DNA of 64,000 nucleotides, taken from the NCBI RefSeq assembly GCF_009914755.1, contig NC_060930.1, one strand, 5' to 3'. The DNA comes from the human T2T-CHM13v2.0 reference genome, Homo sapiens. A program made the position numbers and the translations under genes. The notes beneath the pieces are model-generated. The model did no database searches, was not told where the DNA came from, and worked only from the letters and a program-made list of their open reading frames with translations. Below, in pieces: positions 48,005 to 60,282 of the stretch; positions within the stretch are counted from its first letter, which is position 1; the number at the start of each line of letters is the position of its first letter.

Positions 48005-48397
48005 CATTAAAAGAAAAATTTAAGACAATTTAACAGAGTTTAATTGAGCAAAGAAAAATTGGTGAATTGGGCAGCCCATGAACCAACCAGAATAGGTTGA
48101 GAGTGACTTCAGTGCTGCCCCACCATTGGAGATGATTTATGGACACAAAAAAAATGTGTCCACACAGAAAATGGAAGTGAGGTACAGAAATAGCTGGATC
48201 GGTTACAGCTCCATGTTTGTCTTATTTGAAAAGGGTTGACCAGCTGACTGCTCGTAATTGGTTGAAAATCTGTAATTGGCACAAGAGTATGTCACAGTCT
48301 GTTTACACAACAAGTTATTTTGCACTTCGCTATGTACAAAAAACCTTTAGGAAGAACTTAAAATATGTAAGAAGGCAGCTTTAGGCTAAACTTAACA
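48005..48397 (-). mobile_element. Solo ERV1 LTR (MER57-like)
   Basis: Minus strand starts TGTTAAGTTTAGCCTAAAGCTGCCTTCTTACATATTTTAAGTTC; flanks ctca/ttca. Confidence 0.8.
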
Positions 48398-49747
48398 TTC
48401 ATGAAGTAAGAATTTTATAATTATTTTTTGCTACAGTTTTGCTATTTCATATTTCATCTCTGAATATATTTTGTTATCGTTTTAATTTAATTCATCTGGG
48501 AATCAGCAGTTTTAAAAACATTAACTTTGTTTTTTCCGGAACACAGTTGAATTCATTTCTCAAGTTAAGATGTGTGTTTGAAACTCTGAGTTGTAGTATA
48601 TCTAACCCAGCAAACCAGCCTTAGTAATTTTAAATGCAGTGATAGAGTTCCTTGCTGTTCCTAAACTCACAGCTGAGTATTTGTTTTTTAATTGTCTTTT
48701 TCATTTATTTCTTCATCCTCTTTCGGGGCATTCTTTCACTTTCAGGATTTGTCAACCTCTTGCTTAATTGTTTCAAATTACATTCTAGTAAATGCAGCAC
48801 AAATCTAACTTAATGGAAGCAAGAAAGCTCTTCATCTTATCTCACCTTTGGGAATGCAATGTCCTGCTGTCTTTCTGGTTTATACCTAACTTCTACAAAG
48901 CAGAACAAAGAGAAGAGGGATTAATCAGGGGGGATATCTATAATAGGTAGACCTAGAGGTAGAAAGTAAATATGCAAAGAACGTTTATGTTCATTAGGTA
49001 AATTAGTAGTAAGAAAATCGATTTATTAAATTGTATAATCATATGTTTTAGGGGTTTTGTACACAGAGTGTGGCAAAATTATACACAGACCAGTTGTAAA
49101 AAATATATAGATGACACTATCTACAGTATCTTTTCAGTGAAAAGATCATTGAGTATCTTTTCACAAATATATGTATTTGTGAATATATATACAAATATAA
49201 AAAGACATTTTCATGTCTATTTTTGTCATTTGTTTTGTATTTCCACTAAGCTTTTGAAAGGCTATGTTATTAATTGCAAATACAATCGCTGCCCGTACAA
49301 AGAAACTTCGTTAGTTACATGAGTTTGAAACAGCTCCCCTATCCCTTTTAAATTTCCATTTTCTCCTTTTCATACTTGAGCATCCTTCTTAGATAAAGAA
49401 TATATAGTTTTACTCTTTGCACTTATTAAGATTTAAGAGTGATAGAGTTTTGTATTTCTTATTGTTAAATGAAAAAATGAATAAAAATTTGTTGATATCC
49501 AGCCTTAGGAAGTTATAGGGGAATATAAAATTTATTTATACAAACAATATCATACGGATGACATGTTAGCATCATAGACCCTTGATATGAGATATTGGAG
49601 GACACATCACTTCTGTTGCATTCTTGCCAAAAACACAAAGTCTTAATGCGACCATCAGTTAAACCCAAGTGAACAGACATTCTACAAAAGAGCAGACCAG
49701 TGGTCTTCAAAACACTCTGTTAAGGTCATAGAAAACAATGAAAGACT

Positions 49748-50241
49748 TTTTTTAAATTTTATTATTATTATACTGTAAGTTTTAAGGTACATGTGCACAA
49801 CGTGCAGGTTTGTTACATATGTATACATGTGCCACGCTGGTGTGCTGCACCCATTAACTCGTCATTTAGCATTAGGTGTATCTCCTAAAGCTATCCCTCC
49901 CCCCTCCCCCCACCCCACAACAGTCCCCAGAGTGTGATGTTCCCCTTCCTGTGTCCATGTGTTCTCATTGTTCAATTCCCACCTATGAGTGAGAACATGC
50001 GGTGTTTGGTTTTTTGTTCTTGGAATAGTTTACTGAGAATGATGATTTCCAATTTCATCCATGTCCCTACAAAGGACATGAACTGATCATTTTTTATGGC
50101 TGCATAGTATTCCATGGTGTATATGTGCCACATTTTCTTAATCCAGTCTATCATTGTTGGACATTTGGGTTGGTTCCAAGTCTTTGCTATTGTGAATAGT
50201 GCCGCAATAAACATACGTGTGCATGTGTCTTTATAGCAGCA
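49748..50241 (-). mobile_element. L1PA3/4 3' end (ORF2 C-terminus + 3'UTR), the inverted part of a larger insertion
   Basis: Encodes ...MFIAALFTIAKTWNQPKCPT...FSLIGGN. 3'UTR has the GAG triplet and AACAAACCTGCACGTTG, i.e. older than L1PA2. Confidence 0.93.
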
Positions 50242-50956
50242 AAAAAACACCAAAAAACAAAACAAAAACAAAAACAAAAACCAAACAACAATAACGATCA
50301 AATATACCAAAGGAGCAAGAGGAGTTTAGGTTGTGGGTAGTGGCAGAGGCAGAAGAATCTGAGCCATCTCTAGTCTTAAATATCTGTGAGTCTGAGTCCT
50401 CTTTGAACTTCTTGGGGCTTTGTAGAAGATGAGAGAGGAGAACCCACATGACAGGAGGCAGGGCAGGGCAACTTGTCATCTTCTTACCCATCTTGGCTTA
50501 TGCATATTTTGCGTAGTGATTTCTGTTTGGAAATTGATTTACAGCAATTGCAGGTGGCCAAGAGAGCTTGTTTCAAGGCAGGATTTGAAGGGGAAAAGAA
50601 AAGACCTTGTCCAAAGCTTTCTCCAAGGCAGGTCATGCTGAGTGAAGGTTCCTTGTTGGAAAAGAAAGGAATTCCCCACGGGGTCCTGTCGTCTCACTCC
50701 AGCTGACGGCTCTATTGCAGGTATGGTGCCTCCATGGCTGTCAGTCATTTGAGGGGAACCTCTGACCCCCAAGACCTCCCTGGGTTATTAAGGGAGATGG
50801 CATACATGTGTCAGGCTGGTGATGGTGTATGTGACACAGAAACTGTCACAGAGCAAAGATGGCGGAAGCTGAGCACCTGATTCCCCAAAGCAGCCACCAA
50901 GTCATGCCTGATGTTAGTGCTCCATTAGAGGGTGTACTGCCTGAGGGTCATATGTG

Positions 50957-50958
<2 letters not shown>

Positions 50959-51028
<70 letters not shown>

Positions 51029-51040
51029 GAGAGTGTGTGT
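50959..51040. repeat. (TG)n(GA)n compound microsatellite inside the transduced segment
   Basis: Read directly. Confidence 0.95.
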
Positions 51041-53225
51041 ATGTGAGCATGAGGGGCCAAGGGAGAATATCTTAATGGGATTTCTAGTCTTCCTTGTTTA
51101 TTTCACACACACAATTCTGAATTAACACCTCCATTCATGTACTTGATGTTGCCACTGAATAACTATATAGAAGGATTTGATGTCTGGAACTCCAGCCACT
51201 TATTTCTGCTGACTGTAAAACCATAGCAGTTGGTGAGCTGTTCATTTAGCTAGCACTAAAGATGCCCAGATAACACCCCCACCAGATTGTTGCTCATCTA
51301 TACTTTGTAAATATGCTTCTACATGTGGGTACACACATGTATTAATCTCATTTGTTTCCTAAATATGAAACTGAATTTGGAATAAATCCATCAGGAATAT
51401 GGGCCTAACAACACATTTAAATAGTCACCAATTGGTGCCAATAGCTCTGTAATAATTTGTTCTCAGTTCAGTTTCCCAAACTGAAGAGCTCTTCCTCAGT
51501 CCTTTCTTATCTAGAACCCATAAGTTCAAGAGATTCAGAGAATTTTCTATTAGTGCTGTGATCTTTGCCAGCTGTAGTTTAGTCTACAATTTGATCTATC
51601 TGGGGTGTAAGTACTTGTTAATGGGTTTTGAAGCCCAGAATAATAAATAATGCTTAGGAATCTTTTATAACAGGCCTGGAATAGATTTTTAAAGCAAACT
51701 GAGGTAGATTTTCAACATGCGTATAAGGTACATATATTCTGTTCTGGCAGAAACCAGAACAGTTCTGGTGGAAAAGTTTCTTTGTTCATTCAATAAATAA
51801 TTAGATATGCAAAAAAAAAACAATGAAAGACTAAGAAAATATCAGAGTCTGGAGGAGACTAAGGAACTGTGGCAACTAAATGCAATGTGAGATCCTGGAT
51901 GGGATCTTGGGACTGAAAAAAGACAATGGAGGAAAAAGTAGCAAGATCAGAATAAAGTCTGTAGTTCAGAGAATAGTGTAGTACCCATGTTAAGTGCTTG
52001 GTTTCAGTAATTATCTTCATGGTTATAGAGAAGGCTGACATCAGGGAAAGCTAGACAAAGGTATAGGAGAAGTCTCTTTTACGCGTTGTAATACAGGTAA
52101 TAGTTTCACAACTTATTTATAACTCTAAATTTATAAAATAAAACATTTAAAATATTAAATAAAATGTATTTGAAAGAGAATAAAATAAAATATTTTAAAA
52201 CTATAGTCGTCCTCCTTCCTGAGAATTCTGTAGGGGCATGCTAGTCCAGTACACATTCATTTTTCCTCTTTATTTTACTCAAATTTGAAGTTTGTGTTTA
52301 TTTCATATTAATAGACACTAGCATCAAATCCTAACTTAAATTTAAAAGGGAGCTTAAAACCAAGCAATTTAATCTCTTTATAAACCATGACACTCATCTG
52401 AAAATAATGCATGTAGATGAGAAAACATTTCATAGTCAGCCCATGCAAGTCTGTGAGTGAGCTGAGACCAGCACTCAGGAACCCTCAGACTCAATGTAGT
52501 TCTTTTCCTTACCACTCTGACTCCAGACTCAAGAGTGTTAGTAGCAGCATTTCTGATTTTATGATTTACCATAGGCATTTTTAAATGACAGAGGATGACT
52601 TTAAATGATTTAAGACCTACTTCACGCCCATGATCTACTCAGAGCCAGTTTTGTTGTTTTGTTTTGTTTCGTTTTCCATAAATGTGTTCCCTGGGCTTGC
52701 GTTGCTAAATGAAATTCAAAACTAGTGATATACAAATAGATTCATCAAAGGCAAACATCATTTCATTTATTAGTGGTCACCGGTGGCTCATAAACAAAGT
52801 ACAATCTATTGAATAAAACAGATTGCTTTTTTGATTCTATTGATTGTTTCTTTGAATTTTCTGAGGATAATTTAGTAACAAAAGCCTTTCTCCACCATTA
52901 CTTCTAATATATGTATTTACTCACGTATTTTTCTTTTGCTTACACAGAGAAAATGAAATAATTAAAGCAGTTTTTCAATTTTTCTGCAATTTGTACTTAG
53001 ATCTTATGAGGGAAACCTGTGGATCAGTTATTTCTTTGCACATACACTGTGCATGTGTGTGTTTTTCTTCTTCAACTTGAAAGGACAGGGCTTTTGTCTC
53101 TTCTACAGAATTGAAAGCAAAAACTCAAAGATCCTTAATGCTTCTGGTGTGGATCTGAACCACCAATGACTAAGCTGCTAAGTAGCAAGACTACCCATAT
53201 GATAGTAGTTTCATATTATATTTAA

Positions 53226-53531
<306 letters not shown>

Positions 53532-53825
53532 AAATAGCCATGTTCTTTAACATTTAATGTCTTGCTAATGTTAATGGTCATGTCTACAGTCTTGAACTGA
53601 AGTTGGAAAGAAGCAGTGGTTATTTATTAGTCATGGCTGTTAACAAAACGTAATGACATAATTCCTTTCCTTGAGCCTTATTGATTAAGTATTATTTTTG
53701 CAACTTCTTTGAATCTGTAAGTTTTGAAATCAAAAGACTAGAAACAAAACAAAAAGAGAATGCTCCAAGTCTTGAAATGAACACAATTTGGAAAGGGGTG
53801 AATAGCCCTTGGGACATTCAGAGGG

Positions 53826-54196
53826 TGTATTAATTCGTTTTCATGCTGCTGATAAAGACATACCCAAGACTGGGCAATTTACGAAAGAAAGAGGTTTAAT
53901 GGACTTACAGTTCCACATGGCTGGGGAGGTCTCACAATCATGGAGGGAGGCAAGGAGGAGCAAGTCACATCTTACAAGGATGACAGCAAGCAAAGAGAAA
54001 GAGCTTGTGCAGGAAAACTCCCATTTTTTAAAACCATCAGATTTCATGAGAATCATTCACTATCAGGAGAAGAGTGCAGGAAAGACCCGCCCCATAATTC
54101 AATCACCTCCCACCGGGTTTATCCTACAACATATGGGAATTGTGGGAACTGCACTTCAAGATGATATTTGGGTAGGGACACAGCCAAACCATATCA
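53826..54196 (-). mobile_element. THE1 (MaLR) solo LTR
   Basis: Minus strand begins TGATATGGTTTGGCTGTGTCCC and ends ...GCATGAAAACGAATTAATACA; ~370 bp. Confidence 0.92.
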
Positions 54197-55201
54197 GGAG
54201 ATATTGGTAGATCCTTCGGCCTCCTCCTGACTACCCCTTGAGCACAGTGTCAGAAATTCCAGTAGCTGCACATGGGCCTCAGGCCAGCAGGTCTTTTCTG
54301 AAGAACATGGATACATCAGAGATGTGCCCCAAGGACTCATGTCCTCAAAACACCCAGTTTGTTGATAGATTGGTAGCTGTAATGGTGACCAGGCACAATT
54401 CCTTGCCTACATTTTCTGTTAATTTAAAGGGATGCTATTTTTTTGTTTGTTTGTTCTCTTTGTCTTCTTTCTTGGAGAGGCTAACTTTTTTCCCCTCATT
54501 TTCAAAAATAATGGGACAACACATGACATTCATCTTACTGGACAATATAATGAACTTCAGGAGATAAATTGTTTGCTGGTCAGGATTTCCAGGATGGCAC
54601 AAATTCAATTTTATATTTAAATTTGAGAAGAAAAACAATAATTCTCAGTACCCATTACTCAGAAAGCAAGTAAAGTCATCTTACAAACAACTATTAACTC
54701 AACAAAGAAAAGCCTGAGAGGTACTCAAATACTTCATAGTTGAAGTGGTGGATAATCCTATAATTGCTACTTCTCAGAAGAGCTCTGCGTGTATGTGGAA
54801 AAAAGGCATTATTTAAATCATGGAACATTATCCATCAAAGCTGCTTCTGTCAATGATGTTTAGTTGCTTTAAAACATTTTTTTTAAATAAGATAAGACTT
54901 AGGACAGAGATTTCAGCCAAAGCTATGAAGGAAGGAAAGAAAAATAAACCCTCTGTAATTCCAGATTCATTCTTTTCTATCACAAAAAAAGTAGCTTTAT
55001 GAACAGTGGCTCTTTGTGATGGGTTCTGATGCAAGAGAGACATAACAGGAGGTCACTGTATTGCATCGCCTCTGTCTCTTCATCATTTTATCTGCCTTCT
55101 ATATGGGCCTCTTTTCATGGATCTGCCTCATGGCTAAAGACAAACACATGAAGTGCAATTTCTATTAATATTATGCCATTCTCCTCCTTAAGATCCCTCT
55201 G

Positions 55202-55204
<3 letters not shown>

Positions 55205-55255
<51 letters not shown>
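55205..55255. repeat. Uninterrupted (TA)25
   Basis: Read directly. Confidence 0.95.
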
Positions 55256-55258
<3 letters not shown>

Positions 55259-57215
55259 ATTTTAAGACTCTTAATATGAAATATAAGCCATTGACTGAAT
55301 ATCTTCTCTAATTTCCCACATTGTTTCCTTCAGACTTGGTGCTCTATTAATCCAAATTTACACTGTTGCTCTTTGAACCCGCCATATTGTTTCCACACTG
55401 CTGTGAACTGGGCATGCTTTTCACTCTCTCTGGATTCCATTTCTCCCCCAACACATACATACATTTTTCTACTACCTTTTAATTTGGCTAACATGTCCTG
55501 GTGAGCCATCCCTGAACCCTCATGGGTTCTTTGGTGTCCCTAGTGCATTTATATCAAAGCCCTTACACTAAAGAGTAAGAATTACCTGCTGAATCAAAAT
55601 CAACCCTTGAGGCTGAGGGCCCTTCCAGGGCAAAGACATCTTATCCACATTTTTTAACAACCCAGACACAGCAAACACTTAATAAATGAAATGAATCTTT
55701 CCAGTTATAATATCTCCTTTCTTACTCTTTATCAACTCAAAATCAGTCCTTTGAACCCCAGGAATTTTTAGAAATGGAATAATTTTTATTATGTTTATAT
55801 TCTAGGGTTGCCCCCAAAACTCTTGGGATATTACTTATGTGATCTCTATGATAGTCTTTTAAGCAGTAATTAGATTTAGGAACTAATTTATACAAGGCTT
55901 ATTGTCACAGCAAACTTTAATTTTTCCATTAAGACTATAGGTTCTTAGCCCATCAGGCATCTCTGGTATTTGTAAAACTCCCAAAGTTGCTTACCAGAAT
56001 TTTGGGGTAGGTGCATTTTCTGGAAAGAGAGCCAACAGCTTTCTTGAGGTAGTCCAAGTAGTTTGGAAAGAAAACAGGAAAAAGAAGAGTGAAATTACTG
56101 AATAGGAATGAAGGGCATATGTTTAGGAAATGCAGGAAGGAAAGGAGAAAGTATGTTTTAAAAGTGTAAAATGATATTGAAAAAAGAAAATGGATAGGGC
56201 CACGGACAAGTCTTGCTGAATCAAACTTTGTCTAGGGCTAACTTAGATGCAGGATGATGTTAGCCTCTCTTTTGGGGAACACACAATGTCTGAGTATAAA
56301 TATATTCCTCTTTTTCTCACTAGAGTGAGAAAGACTAATAGAAAAAAGGATATGAAACTTAGAAGCTCAATCTCTTGGCCAATTTTTTTTCTAAGTCACA
56401 ATATTCATTGGGTATTGATGAAGAGAGAGATACAGGATAGCTGTAACATAACTCACATTTGACCAAAATGATCAATGGGCAAAATTATCTCTAGCAGAAA
56501 GATATTTTATTTAAAATGAGCTGAAATTAAAATATAAATAGCTTTGTTTTGCCTGTCAGGCAAAATGCTTACAGTCAGGATAGAGACAAAATTGTGTAGT
56601 CTCCCAGTCACGCCACCGTGCTGTCTACAAGCCCTCCGGGTGTGACCGGTGAAGATGCGTTCTCTGGGAATCCTGATCTCAGATCTGATGGATATTTTTG
56701 CTGTGGAAGAACCAGTTATAGGATTTCAAGTTCCAGAGAAAAGGTGAGAAGTGAAAAAAATTCAAGATTCATCTTAATTAATCTTTATTAATTACAAAAC
56801 AAAGTGAATATAAATGAAGGGCAATTTCAACTCACTATTGGAAAAAAGGCAACAGATTTCCAAGATTCCAACTTTAAGAAAGAAAAGCACAACATTTACA
56901 AATAAAAGCCAAACCATTTACTCAGCCCCAAAGCTGCATTGCCTGGCTGCTTTGAGGATGTTCACCATGCCTCCTTGTTTGGTTGAATGCACGTCAAAGA
57001 CTTCTGACCACAGGATTTAATTTACTAGATTCACATATGTGTCAGTCATCCAAGTCAGGAGGATATGTAGAAGTATTTTTAGCAAATACTCCGTCAATTT
57101 GTTGTCTTGTCTTGTAGAAGATCAAGAACAGCAGCATGTATTTGTGAACATTCCAATTTTACATGCATTTTTATTACAATATGTTTCATAAAAACCTTGC
57201 TGAGTGGTTATATCT

Positions 57216-57458
57216 TTTTTTTTTTTTTTTTTTTTGAGATGACATTTCACTCTTGTTGCCCTGGCACGAATCTCGGCTCACCACAACCTCCGCCTCCCGG
57301 GTTCAAGCGATTCTCCTGCCTCAGCCTCTCGAGTAGCTGGGATTACAGGCATGCACCACCACACCTGGCTAATTTTGTATTTTTAGTAGAGATGGAGTTT
57401 CTCCATGTTGGTCTAGCTGGTCTCAAACTCCCAACCTCAGGTGATCTGCCCTCCTTGG
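57216..57458 (-). mobile_element. 5'-truncated AluSp
   Basis: Sp diagnostic TTTCTCCATGTTGGTC; TSD gagtggttatatct at 57202-57215 and 57459-57472. Confidence 0.9.
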
Positions 57459-59793
57459 GAGTGGTTATATCTCGTTAGTGATGGTCTTTCATCTCAAATC
57501 CCTGGAGGGTTATTTATTCTGGGACAGAGCATGTAGGCACCCCTGGGTACTATTTAGGAGAAATGACTACATGATCATCTACTCCCACGTCAGTTCAAGT
57601 TAAAATATTTTATGGCACTGTCAAAATTTGGTCAATAGCAAATAACTTATTGTCATAGTCTATTGCAATAACAAGTAAGCATTTGTCAATAACAATGCAA
57701 AGAATAGGTTATCCTTTCTGAGTTTCTGTGTGGGTGAAGCTAAATCAAATGTCTACAAAGAGAAGAAGAGAAGAGGATATTCTAGGATTAAATCTAGTTA
57801 TGGCAGGCATTTGATATCTCCGTCAATGGGAAGATTCATGCTTTTAAATAACAGAGAAAGAGAGCTTTGAGGAACGAAGAAAATTAAGTATCTGAGTGAA
57901 GATTTTCTCAAATAGGGCATGGGAGATTTTTAAGAATCCTCAAGTAGGGAATGTATTTGAAATATCTTACTGAATAATTTAATATTTATTCTACACATAG
58001 AAGCTTCATACTGAGGTTATCTTTACAGTGTTAATTTTTATGAAAACTGTAACATTTTTGCATTCCTAATTGTTAGGGATAAAGAAGCATTTTGCAAAGG
58101 CTCAGAAGCTCTAAGTTTGCTCTCCATGCATGTTGTTGCTGCTTTGATCTCCTCACCTTGTGATGGTCCAGAAAGAAAACTTTTGCACCTCAGCCACAGC
58201 AGGACTGTGAGAAACCGATAGGATATTTACATGCTCCTTGCCTCTAAATGTCAAATGCATTAGGCAGTACTAGCTTCTGAGACTCAACAAAGCACCCCAA
58301 GGCACTAATGCCCTGAAACATGATCAGATCATAAAGTCAGAGAGTTAGAATGACATTTGGGACCATCTAATCCCACACATCTTCCTAAAATAAAACGCTT
58401 CACGTAGACCCCTGTGCTCACACAGCACACAGCCTCCAGGAGTGGTACTGTCTTCTCTCTGGGGAAGATGGTCTCATTAGAATCCCTAATGCAACACTTA
58501 GCCAATGTGCTAAGTGTTGGAAAGATCTTTCTCTCGGTGCTGGTTCTGAGCGTAATTACATCTATCTACTGTTCTCCTTTGCAGCCCTTCAAGAAAGCTA
58601 TGACCTTTTCCTGAAATTTCCTTCTAGTTCTCTTTGTAATGGCTCTTTATTTAGTGTGGTTTCCAGTCACTTTCTCATCTTGCTGACCCTTCTCTGAACA
58701 TGATTCTGTTTTTTTCTGGTACCTCTTTACATCTGGAGCCTCAGCTCCCAAATGAATTTTGACCTTTGACTTCCAAATGAATTTTGACCTTTGATAGCTA
58801 AGGGCCATTACCTTTATTTAGCCAAGCATTGTAATTATCTTAGTACAACATAAATTTGCCTTATCTTATGATTAGTTGTAAATGGCGTAGGCTTATGGGG
58901 TGCTGGCAATGTGGATCTAGAAAGAGTGAGCCAGCTCTCTATTTTTTTAAACAAAGACTGGAACGTAGGGCATGTCGTCAGCACAGGAGCTCTCGAATAT
59001 AGACATTGGCACAAACTCCATTAGGAGGAGCAGAGCTCATGGGTAAACTTGAACCTGGGAATAATGCAGAGCTATTGTAGAAAAAAATGGAGCACGGCCT
59101 CGAGTCTAGCTGGCAAAAATCTTCATTGATTAAGTATATGATACTATTCACAACGACAATCAATTGCCATTCTTTTACTCTGTGCTAAGAGTTTACAAAC
59201 TTGTTTTGAATCCTATCCTATAACGGATCTAAAAGGTAGCTATTATTAGCTTTCTTTTCCAAATAACAAAAGTGGAGCTCAGTGTAGCTAAGCACATAGA
59301 CCAAGTCATAGTTAGGTGATGGTGAAGCTGGAACACAGGGGGGATGACCTGACTACAGGGTACATGCTGATAACTGAAGTGCACCAAGCCTGTTACATAT
59401 GACTTCCTCACCTTGGGATTAATCCAGTGAGCTGGAGGCATCCCTGAGTATGAAAATAGAGCTCAGTGGCCCCAAGGTGGTTACAAGGATAGATTATAAA
59501 GGGTTGGGACTGGTGGACCCTAAAATTTACCACTGACCTGGAAGATAGTTTACTATCATACTAGTCAGGGTGAGATTACTGGATGGAGAGGATGACACCA
59601 GGGCCCTGGAACAAGAAAAGCTATCGTATCACCCTTTGCTCCCAATCTGCCAACAACTTAGAATGTTGGTTTCAGTAAAGAAGGTTAGGTTAGCATCAAA
59701 CATAAATTGGAAAATAAAATTATGTCAAAGGAAAGTCTCTACCCACACAAAAGGAATAAAAAATACAAAGACTTTTTAAAAAATATAACTGCT

Positions 59794-60282
<489 letters not shown>

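Larger units (their letters stand above)
49748..51816 (+). mobile_element. 5'-inverted L1 insertion carrying a ~1.5-kb 3' transduction
   Basis: Perfect 16-bp TSD aaaacaatgaaagact at 49732-49747 and 51817-51832; AATAAA 51792-51797; poly(A) from 51811. Confidence 0.88.
49560..52180 (+). mobile_element. Ancient L1M (L1MC/ME) 3' fragment split by a younger insertion (halves 49560-49747 and 51817-52180)
   Basis: The halves join into continuous L1M-like sequence: ...gtcatagaaaacaatgaaagact|aagaaaatatcagagtctggaggagactaagg...aactaaatgcaatgtgagatcctggat. Confidence 0.7.

Noticed and set aside
49145-49200. Short palindrome tcacaaata-tatg-tatttgtga
   Set aside because: A 9-bp AT-rich stem is expected by chance at this scale.
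53809-54210. 133-aa ORF
   Set aside because: Lies over the THE1 LTR; repeat-derived.
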